A DNA stretch of 64,000 nucleotides. It comes from a virus. Lineage: Duplodnaviria > Caudoviricetes. The stretch lies in the IMG/VR virus record IMGVR_UViG_3300046009_000910, positions 129 to 64,128 of that record. One strand, written 5' to 3'. The translations under genes and the position numbers were made by a program. Positions 46,101 to 54,959 of the stretch are shown in pieces (position 1 is the first letter of the stretch; each line of letters starts with the position of its first letter). The notes beneath the pieces were generated by a model, which searched no databases, was not told the DNA's origin, and saw only the letters and a program-made list of their open reading frames with translations.

Positions 46101-49100
46101 AACGGCTTGAGCGTAGTCATCCAGAACTCCTAGCTCTTTAGCCAGAACTTCCAACCCGCTTTCGTTGTCCTTGGTAGCAAAGTCTTTGTCAATCTTAAGC
46201 ATGAACTTCGTCATACCATCTTCACCCATCATGCCTTCAAAGGTGTAGTGACCGATAAACTCGTGAGCAACGGTCTTCTCTAGATCGGTCATATCGGTGT
46301 GGTTTTCACCAATAATAAACACCGTGCCGTCAGGCTTCACACCACCGCGTATACGCGTCTCGTATACATCTACCCCTTGCCGCGCCATATCCTTCAGGAT
46401 GTCCACGGTTACATCGCCCATGGTGGGGAAATACTTAAACTTCAAATCTTTGGGTAGCTTATTTGCTACCTCATCCATGCGCTTGTTGGCTTGCTCAAGG
46501 TCAATTCCACCACCCGCAGTGTCGCCAATACGGAAGTCAACCACGTCATCCACAGAGAATGTACGGGGGCCGCCGTAAGCGCTTAAGCCCATGCCAGACA
46601 TATTGCGTAGTTGATCGGGCGTAAACTTCTTGTCGTAGTACGGTACTTCGCCACCAACAGGGCCACGGGCAGCTTGGCGCTTTACTTTCTCAGGCTCGTA
46701 CTGTGTTTCTTTAAGTAAGCGCAGATTCTCACGGATGCTTCGGACATTGGCTTTAGCCATGTCAACTTCAGCGCTCATCTTCTTAAACTTGGGGAAGTTC
46801 TTAGCAGCTTTGCCTGCGTTAACTTCTTTGACATACTTGTTAAGCTGGAACGTTTTAATCTTGGCAAGTTCTACCGCAGCTTTTTCTTCTTCCTTTAACT
46901 TGTCAAACATAGCTTCGGGGGAAGACACCTTGGCCTTGCGGCGCAAGTCGCTGACAGCATTACGTTGACGCTCAGCTATTTCCGCATCAAGTTCTGCTTT
47001 AGATTTAACTGGAACAACATGAAACTTAGAAGGCAGTTTAACTTTTTTAACTGGTTTTTCCTGAGCTTCTTTTTCTTTTGGCGTTAACTTTGCATATGCA
47101 GCTTTAGCTTTTTTAAATTCAACTGCGGCTTCTTTACGCGCTTTCATTAAGTCATTAATAAATTCTTCACGCGTTTTAGCTATAAGCTGTGTGCCGGGAA
47201 GACCTAAGCCAGAAGCAATTCTTTGATTTAATTCAGTTTCTTTTTTTGCAAGTTGTTCTGCTGCAGTACGTCTTGCAAGTGCTATTTTTTGTAATGCTAC
47301 ACGTTGTTGTGTAGCTAAAGCCTTAGCTTTTCTTTGTTCCAATGAACCTTTTGCAAACTTAGAGGCTTGATCTTCCAAATTTTTTACGTCTTTAATTTCT
47401 TGTGCAATGCTTTCATCTAATCGAATCCACTTTTGCACAGTTGTATCAGGCACCCACGTAAGCCGAAAACCTTCTGTAGAAATTTCAAACTCAGCATCTT
47501 CAGCTTTTAAATCTTTAGCCGCTTGTTCTAAACGACTAAGCAATAACTGATGCCTTGGCTCTTTAACTTTTTCAAGCAGCTTATCTGCTTTTTGAAACGA
47601 AGCTGTTTGAATATCTTGTTTAGTTTGTTTAACTAAAGCGTTTATTTTGCCAAGTAAATCACGTTGTTTTGCTTGAATGTTCTGAGGTGAAAGCTCTTCT
47701 GCAACTTCACGTGCAGCTTGCTGCGTTTCAATCCGAATTTGTTCTGCTTTTTTCTTTGCCTCTGCAATCCGTGCTTTTTCTTTCCGAACAGCACCAGACT
47801 TTTGCAGACGCTGGAACTGCCCCGGTGTAGCACGCTCGGTAGCTACGGTTTCTGGGAACAAGTCAGGCTGAACACGCTCCTCACGGAACTCGCGCCCTTT
47901 GGGCACGGTGGTCATTTGTTCACCAGTAAACTGCGTTGTCTCAGCGTCAAACCGCATCTGAGTCTTGATCTCGTCAACCAACTCTGCCGTACCGGCAGCA
48001 GCCATTGCACGACGACCTCCGGGTTGGGTTACATCACGCTCTAAAGTAAACGGGCGGTCAGTCCCACGGAGGATTCTGCCAACCTGTTCCTCAACCAAGT
48101 CTTCTAACCCAACACTAGCGCCACCTTCTTCCAACCGACGACGTGCCTGCTCTAACGTATTTGCTACATCAGGCTGTAGATTTTTCATGCGCAGTACACG
48201 GTCAAGGTCTTTAATAAGGTCTGTAGGGGCAGCAGCGTACTGTTTCTTAAGTAACGGCTTCTCACCAGCACGAACGGCACGTTTGCCTGCGTCGATGGCT
48301 TCATCTTTAATTTGTTTGATGTACTCAGACAGTACTTCAATAGCACGGCGGGGGTTGCCAAACTGACGTTCAGATAAAGGGCGTGGATCAATACGGGCAG
48401 TCCGGGCTTCTTTAACAATTTCTGTCCCGCGCATTTGAGCGGGTTCAATCTCAATTTCTGTAATTGCTGCACCTCTGGGTAATGCAGTGCTACGAGTAAT
48501 AAGTTCCTGTAAAGCTTCATCAATCCGTATGCCAGCTCCAATAGCTTCATCACGCGTAAATTGACGCAAACCCCGTAGCTGACGCTCGTATGCAATCTCT
48601 TTAATCAGACCGTCAACAACGTCTTTACGCAGTGCCTCAGACTCCTGAATCAAACCCTCACGCTTGGAACTAGCCAGCGCGCGCTGGGCAGGCGATGCTT
48701 CTTCACCAAAGAAACGGCCCTTACGGTAATCATCCATCAGAGCTACGATGTCTTTAAACGATCCGTCCGCAGTCTTACGGGCATCTTCAGCCTGCTTTTT
48801 GTAAACACCACTAGGTTTACCCGGCTCAATCTCAACGGCTAGGGGAGCAGCAGCTTCACGAGATTCAGTTTCCAAACGACCAACTAGCGCAGCTTCAGCA
48901 CCAGTCTCAGGCTCAACACGCCCCTCAACAACAGCCTGAAGACGCTTAAGTTCCCTGAGTTTTGCTTCTGCGCCAACAAGTTTATAGCCAGCAGGGGTTA
49001 GCTGGCCTTTGTTGTCCATGAGTTCTTTCTTACTAACCAGCGCTTTTTGCCGTTGTTCTTCTAACTTATCGATAGCAGCTTTGATATTAGGCAGTACTTC

Positions 49101-50837
49101 GACAGCCTGCTCACCACGGTAGGTGCGACCTTCAAGACCTTGGATGCCCAGTTCACGAGTCACCGTACGGTCAACAACACCCTCATCAATCTTGCTCTCA
49201 ACCAGCTTGCGGACTTCAGGCTCAACACCAGCAGCACGCAATCCAAAGTTATCTAGCACCAAGTTGATACGATCCAGCGTCATTTCCTGTGCTACATCTT
49301 CTTCACGACGCTGCTGCTCAGCGGCTACCCGCTTGGCAGTTTCCTGCATATCAGCTTCTTCAAGTTCACCTAGCTGCGCAAGGTAGTTCTGTACCCCACG
49401 CTGGGTTTCCTCGTACGTTTTCTCTCGCTTAGCCGTAAGTTCAGCTTCTTCTTTTTCACGCAGACGGCGCAGTGCTTCATTTCGCTCCTGCATCCGGGCA
49501 GCTTCACGGTCATACCCTTCAGCATATTCTTCCTCGGTCATCGCAGCCTTCTTGGGCTTGACGATGTTGCCAAACTCATCGACCACTACGCGCTCAGCAG
49601 GCGCAGCTTTACGTTTAGCCAGTTCGGAGGCTAGCGTGGGCGCAACTCCAGCTTCTTTGGTCGAAGCCTTCATCTCTGCCTGTAGACCTTTTAGCTCATC
49701 TTTGATCTCTTTAGCCCGTGCAATAGCCTCGGCACGTACGTCTTCGTCAATCGTTTTATCTTTAGCTATAGGTTCTACTTGAGATAACTCATCTTTCAAG
49801 TCAACGATTTTGCTGTTAAGTTCCTGACGATACTCGGGCGTTTGTTTACGGGCTTCTTCAGCCGCTGCAGCCTGTTCACGTTCAGCCGTAGCCAGTTCTT
49901 CTTGGAGCCTGCGCTCCTCAGCCTGAGTCTCAGCAACTTTGCCACGGGCTACGCCACGCTGACCTACACGACCAACGGCACCAAACGGACCGCCAACCAA
50001 TCCAGCCCCATAAGCAGCCTCACCGTACTCAGCCAAGGCATCAGGAGTAGTTAGGGGTAGGCCAGCCTGCGCACGCTCAAGAATTTGTTGAGTAATCTCA
50101 GTTGGGATCTCTGCCAACGCTCCAACGCCAGCCCCCTTGGCTAGTACTTTCCCTAAGCTTTCTTGGGCAAGACGCTCAATAGATTCATTGGTACCACGGG
50201 CAAGCGCTTTCTCAACTTCTGGTCCCAACAGTTTGCCAACAACGCCACGGCCTAAAGGAATAAAGGTCGCCGCAACTTCAAGTGCAGCCCCGGGTACAGC
50301 AGCGGCAGCAGCCCTGCCACGAGAAACTTCAGGCGCACCAGCTTCGGCTTGACGCTCCAAAGCCGATCCATATAACTGAGCAGCCGCAGGTAGCGCAGCA
50401 CCAATGACAGCCCCGGGTAGACCAAACCTAGCACCGGCACGGGCACCAGCCAACGTAGCAGCGATATTGGGAGCCTGTTCAGCCAAGGCTCCGGGTATTT
50501 GACTTACGGCTTCACCAGCAGCGGGGAGCAACCCACGCTCAGCATACGCACGCTTAACTTCTTCAAGACTAGCGCCGGGAGCATATTCACGCCCAATAGC
50601 CTCACCACGCTCGATACCGCGCTTTGCAGCCGCAGTGGGGTCAAGTACTGATTCAAGAGCCGTTTGCAGCGAGGAGCCAAAACGTTTAGCGCCGCCTATA
50701 AAGGCAGCGCCGATTCCTTCTTTTTGGGGTTCTACGCTTGGAAGTATGTCCCGTTCAATAGCCAACGCAATTTCTGCGTCAGACATCGTTTCAGGGAACT
50801 TTACTGGCCCATACCCCGGTACTTGAATTGTCCGCAT
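43110..50837 (-). CDS. Large polyvalent/ejection protein (metallopeptidase-like motif and LPD38-like C-terminus)
   Basis: 2575 aa; VAHEFIGHY; NFGRRG, PFFNA.IQG, RVPIPFEVG motifs; follows the internal virion genes. Confidence 0.75.
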   Translation of the reverse strand: MRTIQVPGYGPVKFPETMSDAEIALAIERDILPSVEPQKEGIGAAFIGGAKRFGSSLQTALESVLDPTAAAKRGIERGEAIGREYAPGASLEEVKRAYAERGLLPAAGEAVSQIPGALAEQAPNIAATLAGARAGARFGLPGAVIGAALPAAAQLYGSALERQAEAGAPEVSRGRAAAAAVPGAALEVAATFIPLGRGVVGKLLGPEVEKALARGTNESIERLAQESLGKVLAKGAGVGALAEIPTEITQQILERAQAGLPLTTPDALAEYGEAAYGAGLVGGPFGAVGRVGQRGVARGKVAETQAEERRLQEELATAEREQAAAAEEARKQTPEYRQELNSKIVDLKDELSQVEPIAKDKTIDEDVRAEAIARAKEIKDELKGLQAEMKASTKEAGVAPTLASELAKRKAAPAERVVVDEFGNIVKPKKAAMTEEEYAEGYDREAARMQERNEALRRLREKEEAELTAKREKTYEETQRGVQNYLAQLGELEEADMQETAKRVAAEQQRREEDVAQEMTLDRINLVLDNFGLRAAGVEPEVRKLVESKIDEGVVDRTVTRELGIQGLEGRTYRGEQAVEVLPNIKAAIDKLEEQRQKALVSKKELMDNKGQLTPAGYKLVGAEAKLRELKRLQAVVEGRVEPETGAEAALVGRLETESREAAAPLAVEIEPGKPSGVYKKQAEDARKTADGSFKDIVALMDDYRKGRFFGEEASPAQRALASSKREGLIQESEALRKDVVDGLIKEIAYERQLRGLRQFTRDEAIGAGIRIDEALQELITRSTALPRGAAITEIEIEPAQMRGTEIVKEARTARIDPRPLSERQFGNPRRAIEVLSEYIKQIKDEAIDAGKRAVRAGEKPLLKKQYAAAPTDLIKDLDRVLRMKNLQPDVANTLEQARRRLEEGGASVGLEDLVEEQVGRILRGTDRPFTLERDVTQPGGRRAMAAAGTAELVDEIKTQMRFDAETTQFTGEQMTTVPKGREFREERVQPDLFPETVATERATPGQFQRLQKSGAVRKEKARIAEAKKKAEQIRIETQQAAREVAEELSPQNIQAKQRDLLGKINALVKQTKQDIQTASFQKADKLLEKVKEPRHQLLLSRLEQAAKDLKAEDAEFEISTEGFRLTWVPDTTVQKWIRLDESIAQEIKDVKNLEDQASKFAKGSLEQRKAKALATQQRVALQKIALARRTAAEQLAKKETELNQRIASGLGLPGTQLIAKTREEFINDLMKARKEAAVEFKKAKAAYAKLTPKEKEAQEKPVKKVKLPSKFHVVPVKSKAELDAEIAERQRNAVSDLRRKAKVSSPEAMFDKLKEEEKAAVELAKIKTFQLNKYVKEVNAGKAAKNFPKFKKMSAEVDMAKANVRSIRENLRLLKETQYEPEKVKRQAARGPVGGEVPYYDKKFTPDQLRNMSGMGLSAYGGPRTFSVDDVVDFRIGDTAGGGIDLEQANKRMDEVANKLPKDLKFKYFPTMGDVTVDILKDMARQGVDVYETRIRGGVKPDGTVFIIGENHTDMTDLEKTVAHEFIGHYTFEGMMGEDGMTKFMLKIDKDFATKDNESGLEVLAKELGVLDDYAQAVASAGKFYAQDLAEGKISEKDVRRIAKTKGLREIIAYTMEKRVDQDFLAKAKRWLQELVGAVRAFFKKLGMDMDFSTSDLFYMMKQANKSFEEGKAIAYKKGDDDVAFRLGATKYNPGMEDLGEMTDKIVGRQQGMWDGIKANATGLAARVQFVDRFAALEALSKKGVEKGIIDSLKAQDMMYFARMADQRHSFVAEIANNGALKLKDVKRPDGRTEKIIESERGASLKDVSQALLGAGVGNAEATGRLFTLYLAAERAQRVGIEKLNFGGKITKAELDRVLALGKNESTATGKAFQKARELYNDYNRGLIEFAVQTGALSKEEGARLSKTNDYVPFYRMRGGNVELIIGSENPIRIGDIKSQPYLQELVGGDEAIMDFFTSSLQNTSLLTDMALRNLATRNAAFTLMDLGVAEIHNGDGPAASNIIRFSMDEKDKDGKIVHRKKYAVINTQAKEDIFGDIPSDLVVKGMEGIKVIVPGAVRALATPANWLRKFVTRDPRYAVRQIFRDSLAATLTTGANMKPVVDTMGEIVKMYGKGSETFEKLQRRGVLGGQVITGAPEDMAKIMQQIAAGKPGWDLAMAKLDSIAMKGDAGTRMAMYNSFLKQGLSEREATLAALESMNFGRRGVSPSIYFLNATIPFFNAGIQGIDVLYRAFTGQMPYEQKLQVQKKLLVRGGMMALLTMAYAAMMQDDEAYKNAEPEQRYGNWFVRIPGFDEPFRVPIPFEVGLLFKAVPEGVYNAAFSDEKGSKVAKDLGMQLLRSLPGNPADAGVPVPTAIKPFIETALNRSFFTGRDIVDSRLEGVEKQFQYRDKTPEVLKAVAPVLELLGLSPVQAENIIRGYTGALGVGILSIANPVLKTGAEAGAVEGRVSEMPLVGGLFQPNDAGRVINEAFESVKEVQQKQGTYKRLIEEGKLQEAQDYIKKNIGDIGMAGYAGAFRQRMGEITKAERAIKAAPSSQMGPEEKRKQLDQLRQVKIDMAQNFKVVREQIERQAAR

Positions 50838-50840
50838 AGA

Positions 50841-52268
50841 TTATTGTCCTGCTGGAACGTACACCCCATTAACTACTTTCCCTCTTGGCTGGCTTGCTGG
50901 CGCTGAACCAAAGGAACCTGATTGTAAAAAGCCTAGATACTTAATCGCACGGTCACGAATAAAGCTTTCTTCATCAATTTTACCCGTAAGTCTTTGTGCT
51001 TCGGGCAGGTTTTTCCAGTCACGTTGCGCGGCTTCCAGAGCCGAAGCCATACGCTTATCACCCTTAGATGCAGCCAACTCAATCCGTTTGAGGTCAAACG
51101 CAGCATTAAGCTTAGCTTGCTCAAGACCAATATCGGCAATCTTTTCACGCCGCTTATCAACCTTAGCCAAGTCAGAATCCGCGCCGGATTTAAGGTATGC
51201 GTTTTGATCAAAGGCCAACTTGGCTTCTTCTTTCTTACGATCCCGCTCTAACCTACGGAAGTCTTTCATGTCTTCCATGGCACCTTTAGCTGCTGCCTGA
51301 GAACCTTTACCTATGTTTGTAAGTGCATAGGGTGACTCACCGCCCAAAATACCAAGACCTGCTTCAAGCAAACGACCCCAACCGGCTTCACGGCGTGCTT
51401 CAGTATCTGTAGCACGGTCTTTTTCAATTGCTTCACGAGCCTTGGCGTACGGATCTGCAAGAATACCTTGCGCTTTGTAGTACTCAAGCCGCTCTCTGCC
51501 CGCTTCTGCCGGTGTAAGTTCTTTTGGCGTGGGTAGTTTTGGAGCTACTAATGAAGCAATACCTTTTTCTTCAGCGGAAACTGGAGGTATTACAGGCGCG
51601 ACTTCGGGTACTGTGGGTGCTGCTGCTGCTGCAGCGGGTGCTGCTGCTTGAGGTGTTGCTGGCTTATATCCATACCCAGACGCCATACGGTATACGTCAG
51701 GCGACTTCAAAGCAGCAATATCTTTATCGCTAAACCCAGCTTCCTTGAGGACTGCCTTGGCTCGATCAAACTCACGAAGCTTTGCTACATCTTCTTCAGA
51801 CGGGCTGGTAAGTGCCTCAAAAGCCATCATTGGACCCAACGCTAAGGATCCTACACGCCCAAACAACCCCGGCATACGTGACGCTGTACTAGCAGCGTTG
51901 GGGAAAGCGGAAGCAAAAGTTGGTCCGGGGCCGGGTCTAATCGTACTTTGTAAGGGTGCGCCAGTTGCTCCACCAGATTGAAACGCCACAATACCACCGC
52001 CAGCGTAGCTATCCATCTGTTCCATGTTAGGCGTGGGCACAGCACCAACACCAGCCTCCATCAAGTCTTTTTCTACTACCTTCGGGGCTTGGGCCATTTG
52101 CTGTGCCATCATGCCCTGCTGCATTTTTTGAGCTTGAGTCTTTTGACGCAGCACCATCTCAGCAATCGACATGTCCACTACATCACTTTGACCTTGAAGA
52201 ACTTTAGCCAACTCCCCGATTGGGAGCCGCTTAGCCATCGCAAACTGTTGTTCAGGAGAACGCATCAT
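50841..52268 (-). CDS. Internal virion/ejection protein
   Basis: YAGGGIVAFQSGG; Ala/Gln-rich helical composition. Confidence 0.6.
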   Translation of the reverse strand: MMRSPEQQFAMAKRLPIGELAKVLQGQSDVVDMSIAEMVLRQKTQAQKMQQGMMAQQMAQAPKVVEKDLMEAGVGAVPTPNMEQMDSYAGGGIVAFQSGGATGAPLQSTIRPGPGPTFASAFPNAASTASRMPGLFGRVGSLALGPMMAFEALTSPSEEDVAKLREFDRAKAVLKEAGFSDKDIAALKSPDVYRMASGYGYKPATPQAAAPAAAAAAPTVPEVAPVIPPVSAEEKGIASLVAPKLPTPKELTPAEAGRERLEYYKAQGILADPYAKAREAIEKDRATDTEARREAGWGRLLEAGLGILGGESPYALTNIGKGSQAAAKGAMEDMKDFRRLERDRKKEEAKLAFDQNAYLKSGADSDLAKVDKRREKIADIGLEQAKLNAAFDLKRIELAASKGDKRMASALEAAQRDWKNLPEAQRLTGKIDEESFIRDRAIKYLGFLQSGSFGSAPASQPRGKVVNGVYVPAGQ

Positions 52269-53209
52269 GTGGATTTACCTCCAAGGAGGTTGTAAAGACT
52301 TAGACCAGACAGACCCAGACCAGCCAACTGGCTAGCAAATGAAGGCGGCGGGGTAACAGTTGTTTGTGTTGTATCGGTCGTTGGAATACCACGGATAAAG
52401 GAGCTAAGGCTTTCAAGCTGAGACTCTGGGTAGTTAATGTTCTTCAACAGATCCTGATACCGTACATCTAGCTGCTGTTGAGACAGCGCACGCTCAAGGT
52501 CGCCGTACGCACCAAGGGTTTTAAGGCGGTCAATATCAGCCGCTTGTTGAGCCACACCCAACTGCCCGAACTGTGAACCCAACGTGCCGTATGTCTGCGC
52601 TTGCTGGAGTTTGGCTGCACGCTCTGCTTCCAGACCTTTTTGAGCGGCTTCGTATGCAGACTGCAACCCACGGGCTTGAATGTCGCCAAGCTGCTGGCCT
52701 AATGCCTGCTCACGCTCTGTCTGGGCTAGTAACTGCCGTGCGCCACCATAAGTTCCTTGACGCGCTGCACCAAGATTTACGCCAAGCTGTGTTTTCTGTG
52801 CGTCTTCAATTGCTTTTTGCTTTTGAACATCAACCACATTTTGGGCATAGGGCGACATGTACTGCTGAACTAAACCTTGATCTAACAGGCTGGGCAGTCC
52901 CGATGCAGCTGCGTAACCAGAACCCAAAGCCCCAGTACCCATTTGGAACTGAGTAGGTGTAGTCATTTGGCCTAATTCAGCGCCAACCTGTTGCTGAGTA
53001 GCTGCTAAAGGCGCAATCCGCCCCGCACCATAAAGACCTGCAGCTTTGAGCGGATCTACATATTTAGCTTGAAAAGCCGCTGGGGTGCCCTGACCGTATA
53101 GTTGAAACGCCTGTGGGATCAGACCTTTTTGCCCTTCGGCACCGGACGTGTAATACGTCTCAAACGCTGAAGGTATCGAACTTGTTTGTATTACTTGTGA
53201 GGTTGCCAT
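52265..53209 (-). CDS. Internal virion/ejection protein
   Basis: YMSPY.QNV, GTYGGARQ, Q/A-rich with a hydrophobic Gly-rich C-terminus. Confidence 0.65.
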   Translation of the reverse strand: MATSQVIQTSSIPSAFETYYTSGAEGQKGLIPQAFQLYGQGTPAAFQAKYVDPLKAAGLYGAGRIAPLAATQQQVGAELGQMTTPTQFQMGTGALGSGYAAASGLPSLLDQGLVQQYMSPYAQNVVDVQKQKAIEDAQKTQLGVNLGAARQGTYGGARQLLAQTEREQALGQQLGDIQARGLQSAYEAAQKGLEAERAAKLQQAQTYGTLGSQFGQLGVAQQAADIDRLKTLGAYGDLERALSQQQLDVRYQDLLKNINYPESQLESLSSFIRGIPTTDTTQTTVTPPPSFASQLAGLGLSGLSLYNLLGGKST

Positions 53210-53219
53210 GTTTTATCCT

Positions 53220-54533
53220 TTAAGCAGGCATGTAGCGTTGAGCGTTTACTGCCGGTGCTTGTCTGGTTTTGCCAGTGCGCGCCTGTCTAGCGCGGTCCAT
53301 CATTGCGTACAGTTTCTTGGCCCCAGCGTTGCTTGAGCCGTTACCGATGTGGCTAACTACATCTGCTGGAACTACAAACTCACCATCAGCAAGGCGGGCT
53401 TCTTGTTTGCCGCCAATACGGGCTGGGATACTGTCTGACATCCCATCACCACCCCCACGTAGATAACGAGGAGGCATACCACCCTTAGCCAAAGCAGCTA
53501 AACCACCCATCGCCATGCCGTCGTCCCTACCTAACTCGTCATCATAAGAAGCCATACCGCCAGAAGCCAATCCACGGGTACGGACATCTTCAGCGGTCAA
53601 GCGCTGATACAGAAGCGGGTAATCTTGTAGGAACTTCTGAGCTTGCGCAACTTCTGCGGCTGTTTTGTTTCTACGTTCGTTTAGGATGCGCTCAGCTTCT
53701 TCTTTTTGGCGCTCTAACTCTTTTTTAGTTGTGATTGCCCCGTAGCCTGTAAAACCAAGTGTGCCAAGCTGCGCCGCATCCCTAAGAGTCATGTTTTTTA
53801 CTGAATCTACAGCTGCTTCACCGACAGACCCCGCCAAATCTAAAAGCGCCTCACCTGTACCTAAAGTCGGTCTTGCTGCACCTGCACCGGGAGTACCAAC
53901 AGCTGTTTCAATGGGTGCTCGCCCACCAACGATTTCGGTTCCGCCAGTTACGTCAACAGTCGGTATGGTTTCTGCAGCTGCATAAGTTGTTGGCGCACCA
54001 ATAGGTGCCGGGGCTGGGGGTACTGAACCGCTAATGCCTGCAGCCTGTAAGTCCGTAGCTGACCCAAACGGATCGTAATTTGCCATTAAACCGCTGCCAT
54101 CATAGCCGCTTGAAGGAACCGGGAGTGAGACTGACGGAGTTACTGGGGCTGGTACCGAACCGCTAATGCCTGCGGCACTTAAATCTGCGGCTGAACCAAA
54201 CGGATCGTAGTCTGGCATCAAAGTACTACCGTCCAGTGTGCCCCCAGTAGGCGCTGTGCCAGCTGCCGCAGGACTCATGAGAGACCCAAGCCCGTATGCA
54301 AGGGCGCCAGAGGTTAACCCCCGCCCAAGATTAAATTTACCGTCTTTACCCATACCACCCAAAGCACCTGTCAGTAACGACTTAGTAAGAAGCGAGGACA
54401 GCCCAAACATACCGGGGATTGGTATGAAAGGAAGTATTGGGGCGATTGGCTTTAGCGCTTTGGCTACTGGTTTGACTACTTTGCCAGCGACTTTAGCTAC
54501 GTCAGATACTATGGGTACACCGGATTTACTCAT
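53220..54533 (-). CDS. Internal virion protein with an internal duplication
   Basis: GDGMSDSIPA...ARLADGEFV.PADVV C-terminal motif; GGAG RBS before the ATG at 54533. Confidence 0.65.
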   Translation of the reverse strand: MSKSGVPIVSDVAKVAGKVVKPVAKALKPIAPILPFIPIPGMFGLSSLLTKSLLTGALGGMGKDGKFNLGRGLTSGALAYGLGSLMSPAAAGTAPTGGTLDGSTLMPDYDPFGSAADLSAAGISGSVPAPVTPSVSLPVPSSGYDGSGLMANYDPFGSATDLQAAGISGSVPPAPAPIGAPTTYAAAETIPTVDVTGGTEIVGGRAPIETAVGTPGAGAARPTLGTGEALLDLAGSVGEAAVDSVKNMTLRDAAQLGTLGFTGYGAITTKKELERQKEEAERILNERRNKTAAEVAQAQKFLQDYPLLYQRLTAEDVRTRGLASGGMASYDDELGRDDGMAMGGLAALAKGGMPPRYLRGGGDGMSDSIPARIGGKQEARLADGEFVVPADVVSHIGNGSSNAGAKKLYAMMDRARQARTGKTRQAPAVNAQRYMPA

Positions 54534-54943
54534 ATTGCTTTCTCCCAATAGGTTGGGCGGAATCCGTATTTACGGGCAACGCGCTCCCAACCACGGCGGT
54601 TAGTTCCAAAAATTAAACGATTGCACCCAAGATCTTTGGCAAACTCAGCCAGCATATCAATGCCTTCCCCGAGGTCATACCCAAGATGCAGGTGCGCAAT
54701 CCACACAAAAAACGCTTCGTCCGGCTGGGGGTACCCCATAAAAAAACCTACCGCAACGTCGCCTTTAACTCCTAAAACCGTATACGCACCGCCATTCTTA
54801 GCGGCGTTATTGACTGAATCCAGCGTCCACTCGACCGACTCATCCGTTTCCTGTACCGCCTCAAGCCCGTGCCGTAAAAAGCTCCAGAATCTATCGACTT
54901 CTTCCGGGGGCACGAGGTACGGGGTCATAACCGAATTATCCAT
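54530..54943 (-). CDS. GNAT-like small protein
   Basis: AKDLGCNRL...RRGWER..RKYGF; position resembles T7 gp13-like genes. Confidence 0.55.
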   Translation of the reverse strand: MDNSVMTPYLVPPEEVDRFWSFLRHGLEAVQETDESVEWTLDSVNNAAKNGGAYTVLGVKGDVAVGFFMGYPQPDEAFFVWIAHLHLGYDLGEGIDMLAEFAKDLGCNRLIFGTNRRGWERVARKYGFRPTYWEKAI

Positions 54944-54959
54944 AAATTGTCAAGCATTG

